Positions 8,801-28,704 of a DNA stretch of 32,000 bases are shown here, one piece after another. Position 1 is the stretch's first letter; each line of letters opens with the position of its first letter. The notes beneath the pieces are model-generated. The model was not told the DNA's origin. It ran no database searches and worked only from the letters and a program-made list of their open reading frames with translations. The stretch covers positions 3,720,001-3,752,000 of the forward strand of contig NZ_CP015137.1 of assembly GCF_001644705.1 (NCBI RefSeq), read 5' to 3'. This DNA is from Dickeya solani IPO 2222 (GTDB taxonomy: Bacteria > Pseudomonadota > Gammaproteobacteria > Enterobacterales > Enterobacteriaceae). The position numbers were made by a program, and so were the translations under genes.

Positions 8801-10202
8801 CACCTCGCGAGTGCCGCACGACACCGCGCACCAGTGGCGTCACGCCTACACCCAACTGCGTTATCTGACGCTGGAAAACACCTTCCACCGGCTGATCGCC
8901 CGTCAACTGGGCGTCGAGCTGGAAACGGCCGCGCCGGTGGTACGCCCGCGCCCGGTATTCGACTACCAACAACTGCTGGAACTGACCGACGGTAGCATCG
9001 CCCGCGTGCTGGGCGAGGCGTATCAGGAAGCGGACAGCTACCCGATCCGCACCCGTATGCCGTCGCCGCCTTATCTGTTCGTGTCGCGCATTACCGCGCT
9101 GTCGGCGCAGAAAGACCAACTGGAGCCGGGCTTTATCGAGTGGGAATACGATATTCCTCCCGACGCCTGGTACGTGGTGGACGGCAAGGCCCCGGCGTTT
9201 ATGTCGCTGGAGTCGTCTCACGCCATGATCGTGGCGTTCACCGTCATCGGCTGCGACATGCTGTTCAAGGGGCAACTGTGCTACCGCGCGGTGGACAGCC
9301 AGACCACGGTCTACAGCGAGATGCCGGTCGCGGGCGACACCCTGCGCGGCCGCGTCAACATCACCTCGGTGGTGAAGGCGGGCGGGGTGGTGCTGATCGG
9401 CTACGAGTATTTCTGCTACGTCGATGACCGGCTGGTGTTCAAGCTGGTGGCCAACTCCGGTTTCTTCAGCGCTCGCGACATGGCGCGCGCCAAACCGCTG
9501 GATACCGCCGCCTACTTCCGCGAGACGATACCGTCCACGCGGTTCACGCCGCCGCTGCGCTGTGACAAGACCGCGCTGTCGGACAGCGACGTATCGGCGC
9601 TGCTGCAGGGCGACGTCGCCGCCTGTTTCGGCGCGGCCTATGCCCGGCCGGGGATCGGCCACATCTGTAACCCGCACACCCGCATGCTGAACCGCATTGT
9701 GTCGATGTCGCGCGACGGCGGCGCGTTCGGGCTGGGCGAGATGCTGGGCGAAGTGGATATCGACCCCGATCACTTTGTGTTCAAAGCCCACTTCAAGAAT
9801 GACCCGGTGATGCCCGGCACCTTCCTGGTGGAAGGGTGCGAACAGATGGTCAAAGTGTTCCTGCACTATCTGGGGCTTAACTCGCAACCGCATCTCACGC
9901 CGCGCACGCTGTGCGACCACCACTACAGCGCCCGATTCCGCGGCGAGGTGAAGTGCGAGCGCGACGTACTGCGCTACCGGCTGACCTGCAAGTCGATCAA
10001 CGCCCGCTACGCGGCGGACGGGCACGCGCTGGAGGACATCGCGCTGACGTTCATCGTGGAAATGCTGTATCGCGGCAATGTCATCGGGCTGTGCGACAAC
10101 CTCGGCGCCGGTTTCAGCCGCGACACGGTAAGCGATGCCGCCCGCCATCACACCCCGCCGTTTCAGGTTGAAACGGCCGAACCGATAAGCCAGGGAAGCT
10201 GA
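5889..10202 (+). CDS. PfaC-like subunit: ketosynthase, chain-length-factor-like KS, FabA-type dehydratase hot-dog pair
   Basis: ATG 5889 is preceded by AGGAG (5874-5878). The in-frame upstream ATG 5790 has no SD. KS motifs: 'DAACSS' (Cys 6483-6485), 'ECHATGTPVGD', 'NGHMLTASG', 'FGFGGVNAHLVV'. The second KS-like half has Glu (7890-7892) at the Cys position and Tyr at the first His position. The C-terminus carries 'HFKNDPVMPGTFLVEG' (His 9789-9791), the FabA active-site motif. By position it would equal zmsB/zmn11 (recollection). Confidence 0.9.
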   Translation: MEPIAIVGLGCLFPGADNPMAYWENLCQQKDSASPVSEQELGTSPDNYYHPVPGTADKINYNRNGYVRDFIFDSQGYYLSPDELNSLDALFKWTLYAAEQALSHSGYRHNQALLKKTGLIIGNIGMPTHAVKRLMTPFYHQLLQPYIQTLIHRPDFRFDAIWPPAAYADANLITGGHNATVAALALGLAGPSFALDAACSSALYAIKLASDYLESGKADLMLAGAVCHADHIYINHGFNVLQAFPKQGISIPFDRASEGLKAGEGAGIVALKRYRDAVRDNDTVYAVIESVGLSNDAGAKHMLVPDIQGQRTALARAYPDGDTRIDYLECHATGTPVGDQVELASVEGFFAAHGAVPLIGANKANNGHMLTASGMGSLLKVVLSLNHGQIPATPGVTELVNTPEGKLTLDHVVRSTCPWPVTGRPKRAGINAFGFGGVNAHLVVSEDHAGLRARHTASSPAAQVHQPLALVGIGVHLAHTQQSSQLAQALKQGEQFFTDLPRTRWIGMEQRPDVLAQRGVSQPPQGAYIERFDFDCKHFKLPPNVVGPHLLSHLFLLPVAERAFLDAGYTLDGSRRNIAVIVAGGVDYGCLRYQARNEIGWQLAQSLQRCGIALSTDDQTALEGIVRDGLFPAPYPEGITGGIGNIVASRLAAHLRLNGPTFSLYSEESAPFKAIELAQFMLDRQQVDAVLIASCSFAGGVENVLWDHQSLQANQNVGDGGGVIVLKREQDALRDDTAIYALVEGLAIAHAPNRSLSFVPETQALAENMAAALAAAGCDAHQVAYVEAYAGARPGELEAECAALRQAYRTDARATPLTLGTLKAHYGHLSAAGGLLGIIKTALQLSQAYLPGVPDFTLAQPLRAAAGQGLQVPLQGAEWAASTQGPRRAAVSHIGVDRAYSHLILREPTQGRRASAGDIASPANVSLNVSVFTGRDKTVEEIVLSDAAIARFAALADSAPVTRLPPAALTITSRVPHDTAHQWRHAYTQLRYLTLENTFHRLIARQLGVELETAAPVVRPRPVFDYQQLLELTDGSIARVLGEAYQEADSYPIRTRMPSPPYLFVSRITALSAQKDQLEPGFIEWEYDIPPDAWYVVDGKAPAFMSLESSHAMIVAFTVIGCDMLFKGQLCYRAVDSQTTVYSEMPVAGDTLRGRVNITSVVKAGGVVLIGYEYFCYVDDRLVFKLVANSGFFSARDMARAKPLDTAAYFRETIPSTRFTPPLRCDKTALSDSDVSALLQGDVAACFGAAYARPGIGHICNPHTRMLNRIVSMSRDGGAFGLGEMLGEVDIDPDHFVFKAHFKNDPVMPGTFLVEGCEQMVKVFLHYLGLNSQPHLTPRTLCDHHYSARFRGEVKCERDVLRYRLTCKSINARYAADGHALEDIALTFIVEMLYRGNVIGLCDNLGAGFSRDTVSDAARHHTPPFQVETAEPISQGS
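7290..8610 (+). other. Chain-length-factor-like (non-condensing) KS domain (approximate)
   Basis: 'GPTFSLYSEESAPFKAIELA' aligns with the KS 'GPSFALDAACSSALYAIKLA', putting Glu in place of Cys. 'EAYAGARPGE' aligns with 'ECHATGTPVGD', so that His is lost. 'GHLSAAGG' is retained. Confidence 0.75.
8955..10130 (+). other. FabA-type dehydratase region: pseudo hot-dog plus catalytic hot-dog (approximate)
   Basis: The N-terminal block is 'FDYQQLLELTDGSIARVLGEAYQEADSYPIRTRMPSPPYLFVSRI'. The first fold, 'DAWYVVDGKAPAFMSLESSHAM', has no His at the FabA position. The second fold, 'DHFVFKAHFKNDPVMPGTFLVEGCEQ', has the motif intact. Confidence 0.75.
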
Positions 10203-10204
10203 CG

Positions 10205-13200
10205 ATGAGTAAACAACACAACACCGCCAACGCGGCGGCGGTCGCGGGCAAACCCTTGCTGGGCGGCGAAGCGCTTTACGCGCTGGAAACGCCGCTGGCG
10301 GTGGTGGAGTACGACCGCGAGGTGCGGATTGAAGCCGGTCATGCCGCGCCGCAACACGGGCAGCTGATTGGCCTGCTGCCGCCGATGGGCGCCGAACGTC
10401 TGGGCGACCGGCAGTTCCAGCGCGACTATGGCGTGCGTTTTTCCTACTACGCCGGGGCGATGGCTAACGGCATCCACTCCAGCGACATGGTGGTGGCGCT
10501 GGGGCAGCAGCAGATTCTGGGGATTTTCGGCGCCGGCGGGTTAAGCCTGGAGCGCATCGCCGCTGAGCTGGAACAGATTCAGCGCCAACTGCCCAACGGA
10601 CCATTTGGCGTCAACCTGTTGCATAACCCCGGCAATCCGGCGTGGGAGCTGGGCTGCGTCACGCTGCTGATCGAACGTCAGGTGCGGGTGATCGAAGCTT
10701 CGGCCTACATCAACCTGAGCGCCGCGCTGGTGTACTACCGCGCCGCCGGTCTGACGCGCGGGGCCGACGGCCGTATCCAGCCGCAGAACCGCATTATCGC
10801 CAAAGTATCCCGTCGTGAGGTGGCGCAGCACTTCCTGCGCCCGGCGCCGGAAAACCTGCTGAAAAAACTGCTGGATGACGGGCTGATTACCGCGCAGCAG
10901 GCGGAGCTGGCGCGTCAGGTGCCGATGGCGGACGACATCACCGTGGAAGGGGATTCCGGCGGACATACCGATCAGGGGCTGCTGGCGTGCATTTTCCGCT
11001 CGGTGGTGGCGTTGCGCGATGAGCTTCAGGCGCAGTCCGCCAGCGGTCGGCGGGTGCGCATCGGCGCGGCCGGCGGCCTCGGCACCCCACATGCGGTGCT
11101 GGCGGCGTTCGCGCTGGGCGCGGCTTACGTGGTGACCGGGTCGATCAATCAGGCCTGCGTCGAAGCCGGCACCTCGGAGGCGGTAAAACAGATGCTGGGC
11201 AAGGTGCAGATTGGCGATGTCGCCACCGCGCCGTCCGCCGACATGTTCGAACTGGGCGCTAAAGTGCAGGTGATGAAGCAGGGCAGCATGTACGCGGTGC
11301 GCGCCCAGAAGCTGTACGCGCTGTACAAGCAGTATGACCGGCTGGAAGACATCCCCGCCGCGGATGTCGCCCAGATTGAAAAACAGATCTTTCACCAGTC
11401 GCTGGCGGAGGTCTGGCAGCAGACGGTGACCTACTTCGAACGCAATCACCAGCCGCAGGCGATCGTCAAAGCTGAGCAGCAACCGAAGAAAAAAATGGCG
11501 CTGATTTTCCAGTGGTATCTCGGCCAGTCATCCCGCTGGGCTATCAACAGCGAGCCGTCGCGCCAACTGGACTATCAGGTCTGGTGCGGGTCGGCGATGG
11601 GCGCGCTCAACGAATGGCTGCGCGGTTCGGCGCTGGAAGACGTGGCGCAGCGCCGCGCCGGCGACATGGCGGTACTGCTGATGCAGGGCGCCGCTTACCT
11701 CAACCGGGTGACCGGGCTGTCGGCGCTGGACATCGCGCTGCCCGACGCGCTGCCACGGTGCACCCCCGACGATCTTCAACGCTGTGGCGTCAGCGCCATC
11801 GCGCCACCTCAATCGAATCTGTCATTTCAACCACAAACAGGGAGTACCAAGATAATGGATGCGGAAACCAAACTGACGTTAGACCAATCCAAAGAATTCT
11901 ATAAGAAATGTTGGGAGCTGATCCCGGGCGGGACCCACTACAACTTTGGCGATCCGGAACGCCCGCTGGTGATCCCCTTCAATCGCGGCCGCAATTCGCG
12001 GGTGTGGGATCTCGACGGCAACGAGCATCTGGACCTGTTCTGTAAGTTTGGCGCCCTGATTACCGGTCACCATAACGAGGCTTACAACGACGCGCTGATC
12101 AATTACATGCACAAGGTCACGTCGGTCGATACCTGCGACCTGGAAGTGGAAGTGTGTGAAACGCTGATCAAGCACATCCCCTGTGCCGACATGGTGCGTT
12201 TTTGTCTGAGCGGGACCGAAGCGGTGCAGAACGCGCTGCGTCTGGCGCGCGGCTTTACCGGCAAGACCCGCTTCATCCGTTTCCACGGTCACTACCACGG
12301 CAACGCCGACAACATCATGGGCTGGCGCAAGAAGCAGGACCTGAGCTGGCCGGTGCCGGAACAGTTCAAGGGCGACCTGCTGGATACCTGGGGACGCGCG
12401 CCCGGCGCGATTGAAGACCAATCGTTCATGCTGCCGTGGAACGACATCGATGTGCTGACCGCCACCATTGAGCGCTATCACGGCGAAATCGCCGCGGTGC
12501 TGATGGAACCGTTGTGCATCAACGGCGGCGGGATTTTCCCGCGCGAAGGCTACCTGGAGAAAACCAAGGCGCTGTGCGAGAAGTACAACATCGTGCTGAT
12601 TTTCGACGAGGTGATCACCGGGGTGCGCGTCGGTCTCGGCGGCGCGCAGCAGCTGCTCGGCGTCACGCCGCATCTGGCTACCTTCGGCAAGGCGCTGGCC
12701 GGTGGTTCGATGCCGGTGTCGGCGATTATGGGCCGCCGCGACATCATGAACCTCTACACCCGCGGCAAGGTGATCCACGCCGGCACCTTCAACGGTTACC
12801 CGTTGGGTCTGGCGGCGGTGAAAGCCACCTACGATCTGGTCGAACAGGACCCAGGCTGTTACGACCGCATGGCCGACGTCATGCGCCAGATCTCCGGCGC
12901 GTTCGTCAAAGCCGCCGAAGCCGTGGACCTGCCGCTGGTGATTCAGGGCATGCCGACCGCGTTGGTCTACCACTCGCAGTCCACGCCGGTGGACCGCTCC
13001 GAAGGCTACAGCGACAAGGTGAAATTCTGCGACATCATCATCCGCGAAATCTCCAAACGCTATGGCATCCAGTTCTCCCCGCTGTCGCGCATGTACTCCA
13101 ACCTGCTGATGTCGCAGGACGATGTGCGCTTCTTCGAAGAACGTATTTTTGACGCGATGGAAAACGCCCGCAAGGTCATCGACATCACCTTCAAAGAAGG

Positions 13201-13213
13201 GGTGGAAGCATGA
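10205..13213 (+). CDS. Bifunctional PfaD-type (FMN, FabK/NPD-like) enoyl reductase fused to a class-III PLP-dependent aminotransferase
   Basis: ATG 10205 lies 2 nt after the upstream TGA (10200-10202), with AGGGAAG at 10192-10198. The N-terminal half has 'VEGDSGGHTD' and 'AAGGLGTPHAV...VTGSINQ', typical of PfaD enoyl reductases. The C-terminal half has 'IPGGTHYNF', 'FDEVITGVRVGLGGAQ' and 'TFGKALAGG' (PLP Lys codon 12689-12691), typical of GSA-aminomutase-like class-III transaminases. By position it would equal zmsC/zmn12 (recollection). Confidence 0.9.
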   Translation: MSKQHNTANAAAVAGKPLLGGEALYALETPLAVVEYDREVRIEAGHAAPQHGQLIGLLPPMGAERLGDRQFQRDYGVRFSYYAGAMANGIHSSDMVVALGQQQILGIFGAGGLSLERIAAELEQIQRQLPNGPFGVNLLHNPGNPAWELGCVTLLIERQVRVIEASAYINLSAALVYYRAAGLTRGADGRIQPQNRIIAKVSRREVAQHFLRPAPENLLKKLLDDGLITAQQAELARQVPMADDITVEGDSGGHTDQGLLACIFRSVVALRDELQAQSASGRRVRIGAAGGLGTPHAVLAAFALGAAYVVTGSINQACVEAGTSEAVKQMLGKVQIGDVATAPSADMFELGAKVQVMKQGSMYAVRAQKLYALYKQYDRLEDIPAADVAQIEKQIFHQSLAEVWQQTVTYFERNHQPQAIVKAEQQPKKKMALIFQWYLGQSSRWAINSEPSRQLDYQVWCGSAMGALNEWLRGSALEDVAQRRAGDMAVLLMQGAAYLNRVTGLSALDIALPDALPRCTPDDLQRCGVSAIAPPQSNLSFQPQTGSTKIMDAETKLTLDQSKEFYKKCWELIPGGTHYNFGDPERPLVIPFNRGRNSRVWDLDGNEHLDLFCKFGALITGHHNEAYNDALINYMHKVTSVDTCDLEVEVCETLIKHIPCADMVRFCLSGTEAVQNALRLARGFTGKTRFIRFHGHYHGNADNIMGWRKKQDLSWPVPEQFKGDLLDTWGRAPGAIEDQSFMLPWNDIDVLTATIERYHGEIAAVLMEPLCINGGGIFPREGYLEKTKALCEKYNIVLIFDEVITGVRVGLGGAQQLLGVTPHLATFGKALAGGSMPVSAIMGRRDIMNLYTRGKVIHAGTFNGYPLGLAAVKATYDLVEQDPGCYDRMADVMRQISGAFVKAAEAVDLPLVIQGMPTALVYHSQSTPVDRSEGYSDKVKFCDIIIREISKRYGIQFSPLSRMYSNLLMSQDDVRFFEERIFDAMENARKVIDITFKEGVEA
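11855..13210 (+). other. Class-III aminotransferase domain of the ER-aminotransferase fusion, beginning at an internal in-frame ATG
   Basis: The internal Met (ATG 11855-11857) is preceded by AGGGAG (11839-11844). The PLP Lys lies in 'TFGKALAGG' (12689-12691). Confidence 0.8.
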
Positions 13214-13977
13214 GCCAGCAGGTCGCGGTTGTCACCGGCGCGGCCGGCGGCTTTGGCGCGGCCATTACCCGCACCTTGCTGGATATCGGTTATCAGGTAG
13301 CGGCGACGGATATCAGCGCATCACGGCTGGAGCAACTTCATCAACAACTGGGGCAGCCCGACGGGCTGCACCGGTTCACGATGGATGTCACGCAGTTTGA
13401 TTCGGTCAGCGCCGCGGCGCAAACCATCGCCGGGCAACTGGGGTCCACCATCACGGCGCTGGTTAACAACGCCGGGGTGATCGAGCGCAGTTACTGCCTG
13501 TCGGCCCGCGGCCTGCGCGATACCGAAACGGTGATGGCGGTGAACCTGACCGGCGCGTTCAACTGCACCGAAGTGTTTGCCCGTTACATGGCGCGCCTGA
13601 AGTACGGGCGCATCATCAACATCGCCTCGGTCGCCGGCATCTGGGGCGCGGCGGGCGGGTCGGCCTACGCCGCCTCCAAAGCCGGGCTGATCTCCGCCAC
13701 CGAGTCCTGGGCGCGTGAACTGGGGCCGATGAATATCAGCGTCACCGCCGTGGCTCCCGGTATCTGCCGCACCGAGATGCTGGCGAAGTTTGTCGACCCG
13801 CACATGATTGGCTCGCCGGAGGAAGACAAGATGATCCGCAGCATTGTGCCGGTCGGGCGCTGGGGCACGCCGGACGACGTCGCCGAAGTGGTGGGGTTTC
13901 TGGCCAGTTGCAAGACCAACTACCTCAACTCCACGGTGATCCCGCTGGACGGCGGGATGCGGGTCGGGACGCTCTAG
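13210..13977 (+). CDS. Short-chain dehydrogenase/reductase, FabG-like 3-oxoacyl-(ACP) reductase
   Basis: The ATG overlaps the upstream stop (ATGA, 13210-13213). Motifs: 'VAVVTGAAGGFGAAI' (TGxxxGxG), 'NNAGV', 'S...YAASKAG' (YxxxK), 'PGICRTEM'. Length is 255 aa. Confidence 0.88.
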   Translation: MSQQVAVVTGAAGGFGAAITRTLLDIGYQVAATDISASRLEQLHQQLGQPDGLHRFTMDVTQFDSVSAAAQTIAGQLGSTITALVNNAGVIERSYCLSARGLRDTETVMAVNLTGAFNCTEVFARYMARLKYGRIINIASVAGIWGAAGGSAYAASKAGLISATESWARELGPMNISVTAVAPGICRTEMLAKFVDPHMIGSPEEDKMIRSIVPVGRWGTPDDVAEVVGFLASCKTNYLNSTVIPLDGGMRVGTL

Positions 13978-14070
13978 GCCGGCGTCATATACCCAGAAAT
14001 CACGGTTATGCGTGTGCAGTAAGCGTTTTTTTGACGGACTTTTTTTGATGGGAATAACGGGAGGTCATGT

Positions 14071-15336
14071 ATGTCAGCAGGGAGCGTATCAACCGGGAGC
14101 GCGTCAACAGCACGCGCGCCGGCGGTAAAAAACCTGTTTCTCACCGGGGCGACCGGGGTGTTGGGCGGGCGGTTATTGCTCGAAATCCTGACCGCCACCT
14201 CAGCCAACGTGTTTTGTCTGGTGCGCGCGGACTCGGTGGAACAGGCCAGAGCGCGCCTGGAAAGCGTGCTGTTTTCCTATGACGTCGAGCGCACCAGCGC
14301 CGGGCAACTGGGGCGCGTGATCCCGGTGTTGGGTGACGTCGCTCAGGCGCAACTGGGGCTGAACGCGCAGGATTATCAGCGGTTACAGGCCACGGTGGAT
14401 CGAGTGCTGCACTGCGCGGCCAACGTCAGCCTGGTGGCGTCCTACGGTAAGTTGCAGCCGGTCAATGTCAAAGGCACCCAACAGGTGATCGATTTTTGCC
14501 TCGGCGGCGACATTCCGCTGCTGTACGCCTCCAGCTTCAGCGTGGTGGGCGACAAGCTGTATCAGGACGGCTTCGAACTGCAGGAAACCGACCTCGATTT
14601 CGGGCAGAACTACCGCGACATGGACTACGAACGGTCGAAATACGAAGCGGAAAAGGCGGTGCATCAGGGCGGGGAACGCGGGCTGCGCTGGACTATCGTG
14701 CGTCCCGGTAATATCTGGGGCGACAGCACCAACGGCCGCTACCCGCTCGCCGAAACCCGGGTCAAAGGCATCTATTACGAGATGATCAAGTCGCTGGTGG
14801 AAACCGGCCTGACCTTTCGCTCCTCGGAAGATTTCGACATCACGCCGGTAGACTATGTGGTGAAGGCGGCGCTGTACGCCAGCCTGCACAGCGATGACTT
14901 TCACGGCAAAACCCTCAACCTGACCAACCCGCAACCGATCACCTACGACGATATCGTGATCGCGCTGCGGGAATTCGGTTACCAACTGGACGTGGTCATC
15001 AACGAAGACTATTTCGAGGCGCTGACGCAAAACCGCATGCTGCGCGAAGGCAAACCCTATCGCTCCTCGTTCACCGACCTGATGGCGTTGTTTTACAGCA
15101 GCGGCGACATCACCGAAAAAGCCAAATACGCCACCGGGTTGACCCGGCAGTGGCTGGCAGGCAGCGGCATTGCCTGCGCCGCCTGCGACCACCCATTGCT
15201 GTTCCGCTATTTCAATTACCTGATTGAGGCAGGCTTTATCGTGCCGCCGGAACAGCAGCGCGAGCGGGCGACGATTGTCGAGCACACCCGCCAGAGCAGT
15301 TTCCTTGAACAACTGTTCGATGCCGACCTGCGTTAG
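14071..15336 (+). CDS. Stand-alone thioester reductase (extended-SDR, NRPS/PKS terminal-reductase type) with no attached carrier domain
   Basis: GGGAGG (14058-14063) lies 7 nt upstream of ATG 14071. Motifs: 'LFLTGATGVLGGRLL' NAD(P) fold, 'YERSKYEAEK' (YxxxK), 'VRPGNIWG'. The 421-aa size matches R/TD domains. Confidence 0.85.
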   Translation: MSAGSVSTGSASTARAPAVKNLFLTGATGVLGGRLLLEILTATSANVFCLVRADSVEQARARLESVLFSYDVERTSAGQLGRVIPVLGDVAQAQLGLNAQDYQRLQATVDRVLHCAANVSLVASYGKLQPVNVKGTQQVIDFCLGGDIPLLYASSFSVVGDKLYQDGFELQETDLDFGQNYRDMDYERSKYEAEKAVHQGGERGLRWTIVRPGNIWGDSTNGRYPLAETRVKGIYYEMIKSLVETGLTFRSSEDFDITPVDYVVKAALYASLHSDDFHGKTLNLTNPQPITYDDIVIALREFGYQLDVVINEDYFEALTQNRMLREGKPYRSSFTDLMALFYSSGDITEKAKYATGLTRQWLAGSGIACAACDHPLLFRYFNYLIEAGFIVPPEQQRERATIVEHTRQSSFLEQLFDADLR

Positions 15337-15372
15337 TCGCGCGCCCAGTCATTTTATGGAGGAAAGACAAAG

Positions 15373-16146
15373 ATGAAGGATTTGACACTGTCGCTGGTCC
15401 AGATGGACATCGTGTGGGAGCAGGCGGCGGCCAATCGCCGCCGGGTGGAAAAATTGCTAAAGCAGTGCCAGGGCAGCGACGTGATCGTGCTGCCGGAAAT
15501 GTTCACCACCGGATTTAGCATGAAGCCCAAAAGCATTGCCGAGCGCATGGAAGGGAAGACCCGGGAATGGATGCAGAAACTGGCCGCCGAATATCAGGCG
15601 GCGATAGTCGGCAGCGTGATCATCGAGAACGACGGCCATTACTACAACCGGCTGCTGTGGGTCACCGAAGAGTGCGTGCAGTACTACGACAAGCGGCATC
15701 TGTTTACCTATGCCGGCGAGCATCAGGAGTACACCGCCGGCGAAGTGCAAAGCATCGTGGATCACCACGGCTGGCGCATTGCGCTGTTCATTTGCTATGA
15801 CCTGCGTTTCCCCGCCTGGTCGCGCAACCTGAACGGCAAATACGACGCCGCCATTTACATCGCCAACTGGCCGGCCGGTCGTTCCCACCACTGGCAAACC
15901 CTGTTGCCGGCCCGCGCCATCGAAAACCAGAGCTACGTGATTGGCGTCAATCGCGTCGGTCAGGACGGAAACCAACTGAACTACAGCGGCAACACCATGC
16001 TGGTGGACCCGCTGGGGGAAACCCTACTGAACGGGGAGCCGCAGGAAGCGGTGTTCACCGTCACTCTGTCGCACGAGCACCTGAACGGCGTCAGAGAGCG
16101 GTTTCCCTTCCTGAAGGATGCGGATCAATTCGAGTTCAGACAATAA
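15373..16146 (+). CDS. Carbon-nitrogen hydrolase, YafV-like omega-amidase (2-oxoglutaramate amidase family)
   Basis: GGAGGA (15358-15363) lies upstream of ATG 15373. The Glu-Lys-Cys triad context is present: 'VIVLPEMFTTGF', 'YDKRHLF', 'ALFICYDLRFPAWSRN'. 'YIANWPAGRSHHWQTLLPARAIENQSYV' and the C-terminal 'FPFLKDADQFEF' closely parallel E. coli YafV as I remember it. Confidence 0.88.
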   Translation: MKDLTLSLVQMDIVWEQAAANRRRVEKLLKQCQGSDVIVLPEMFTTGFSMKPKSIAERMEGKTREWMQKLAAEYQAAIVGSVIIENDGHYYNRLLWVTEECVQYYDKRHLFTYAGEHQEYTAGEVQSIVDHHGWRIALFICYDLRFPAWSRNLNGKYDAAIYIANWPAGRSHHWQTLLPARAIENQSYVIGVNRVGQDGNQLNYSGNTMLVDPLGETLLNGEPQEAVFTVTLSHEHLNGVRERFPFLKDADQFEFRQ

Positions 16147-16181
16147 CGTCTTCTATCTGGTGAGTGTTGCAGGGGCTGCTC

Positions 16182-28682
<12,501 letters not shown>

Positions 28683-28704
28683 ACAAAGAAGCACGGAGGC
28701 AAAC

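Noticed and set aside
14021-14065. Two T-runs (gcgtttttttgacggactttttttg) and a TTGACG hexamer in the SDR-TR spacer, considered as a possible intrinsic terminator or internal promoter.
   Set aside because: I could not find a GC-rich stem immediately upstream of either T-run; the best is a 4-bp CACG/CGTG. Any -10 element spaced 16-18 nt from TTGACG would place the start downstream of the gene's own SD. The site is worth checking experimentally but is not supportable as a feature.
16164-16181. GTG at 16164 as the start of the large NRPS.
   Set aside because: The ATG at 16182, with AGGGG 6 nt upstream, is a more conventional start. The choice changes only 6 residues and remains uncertain.
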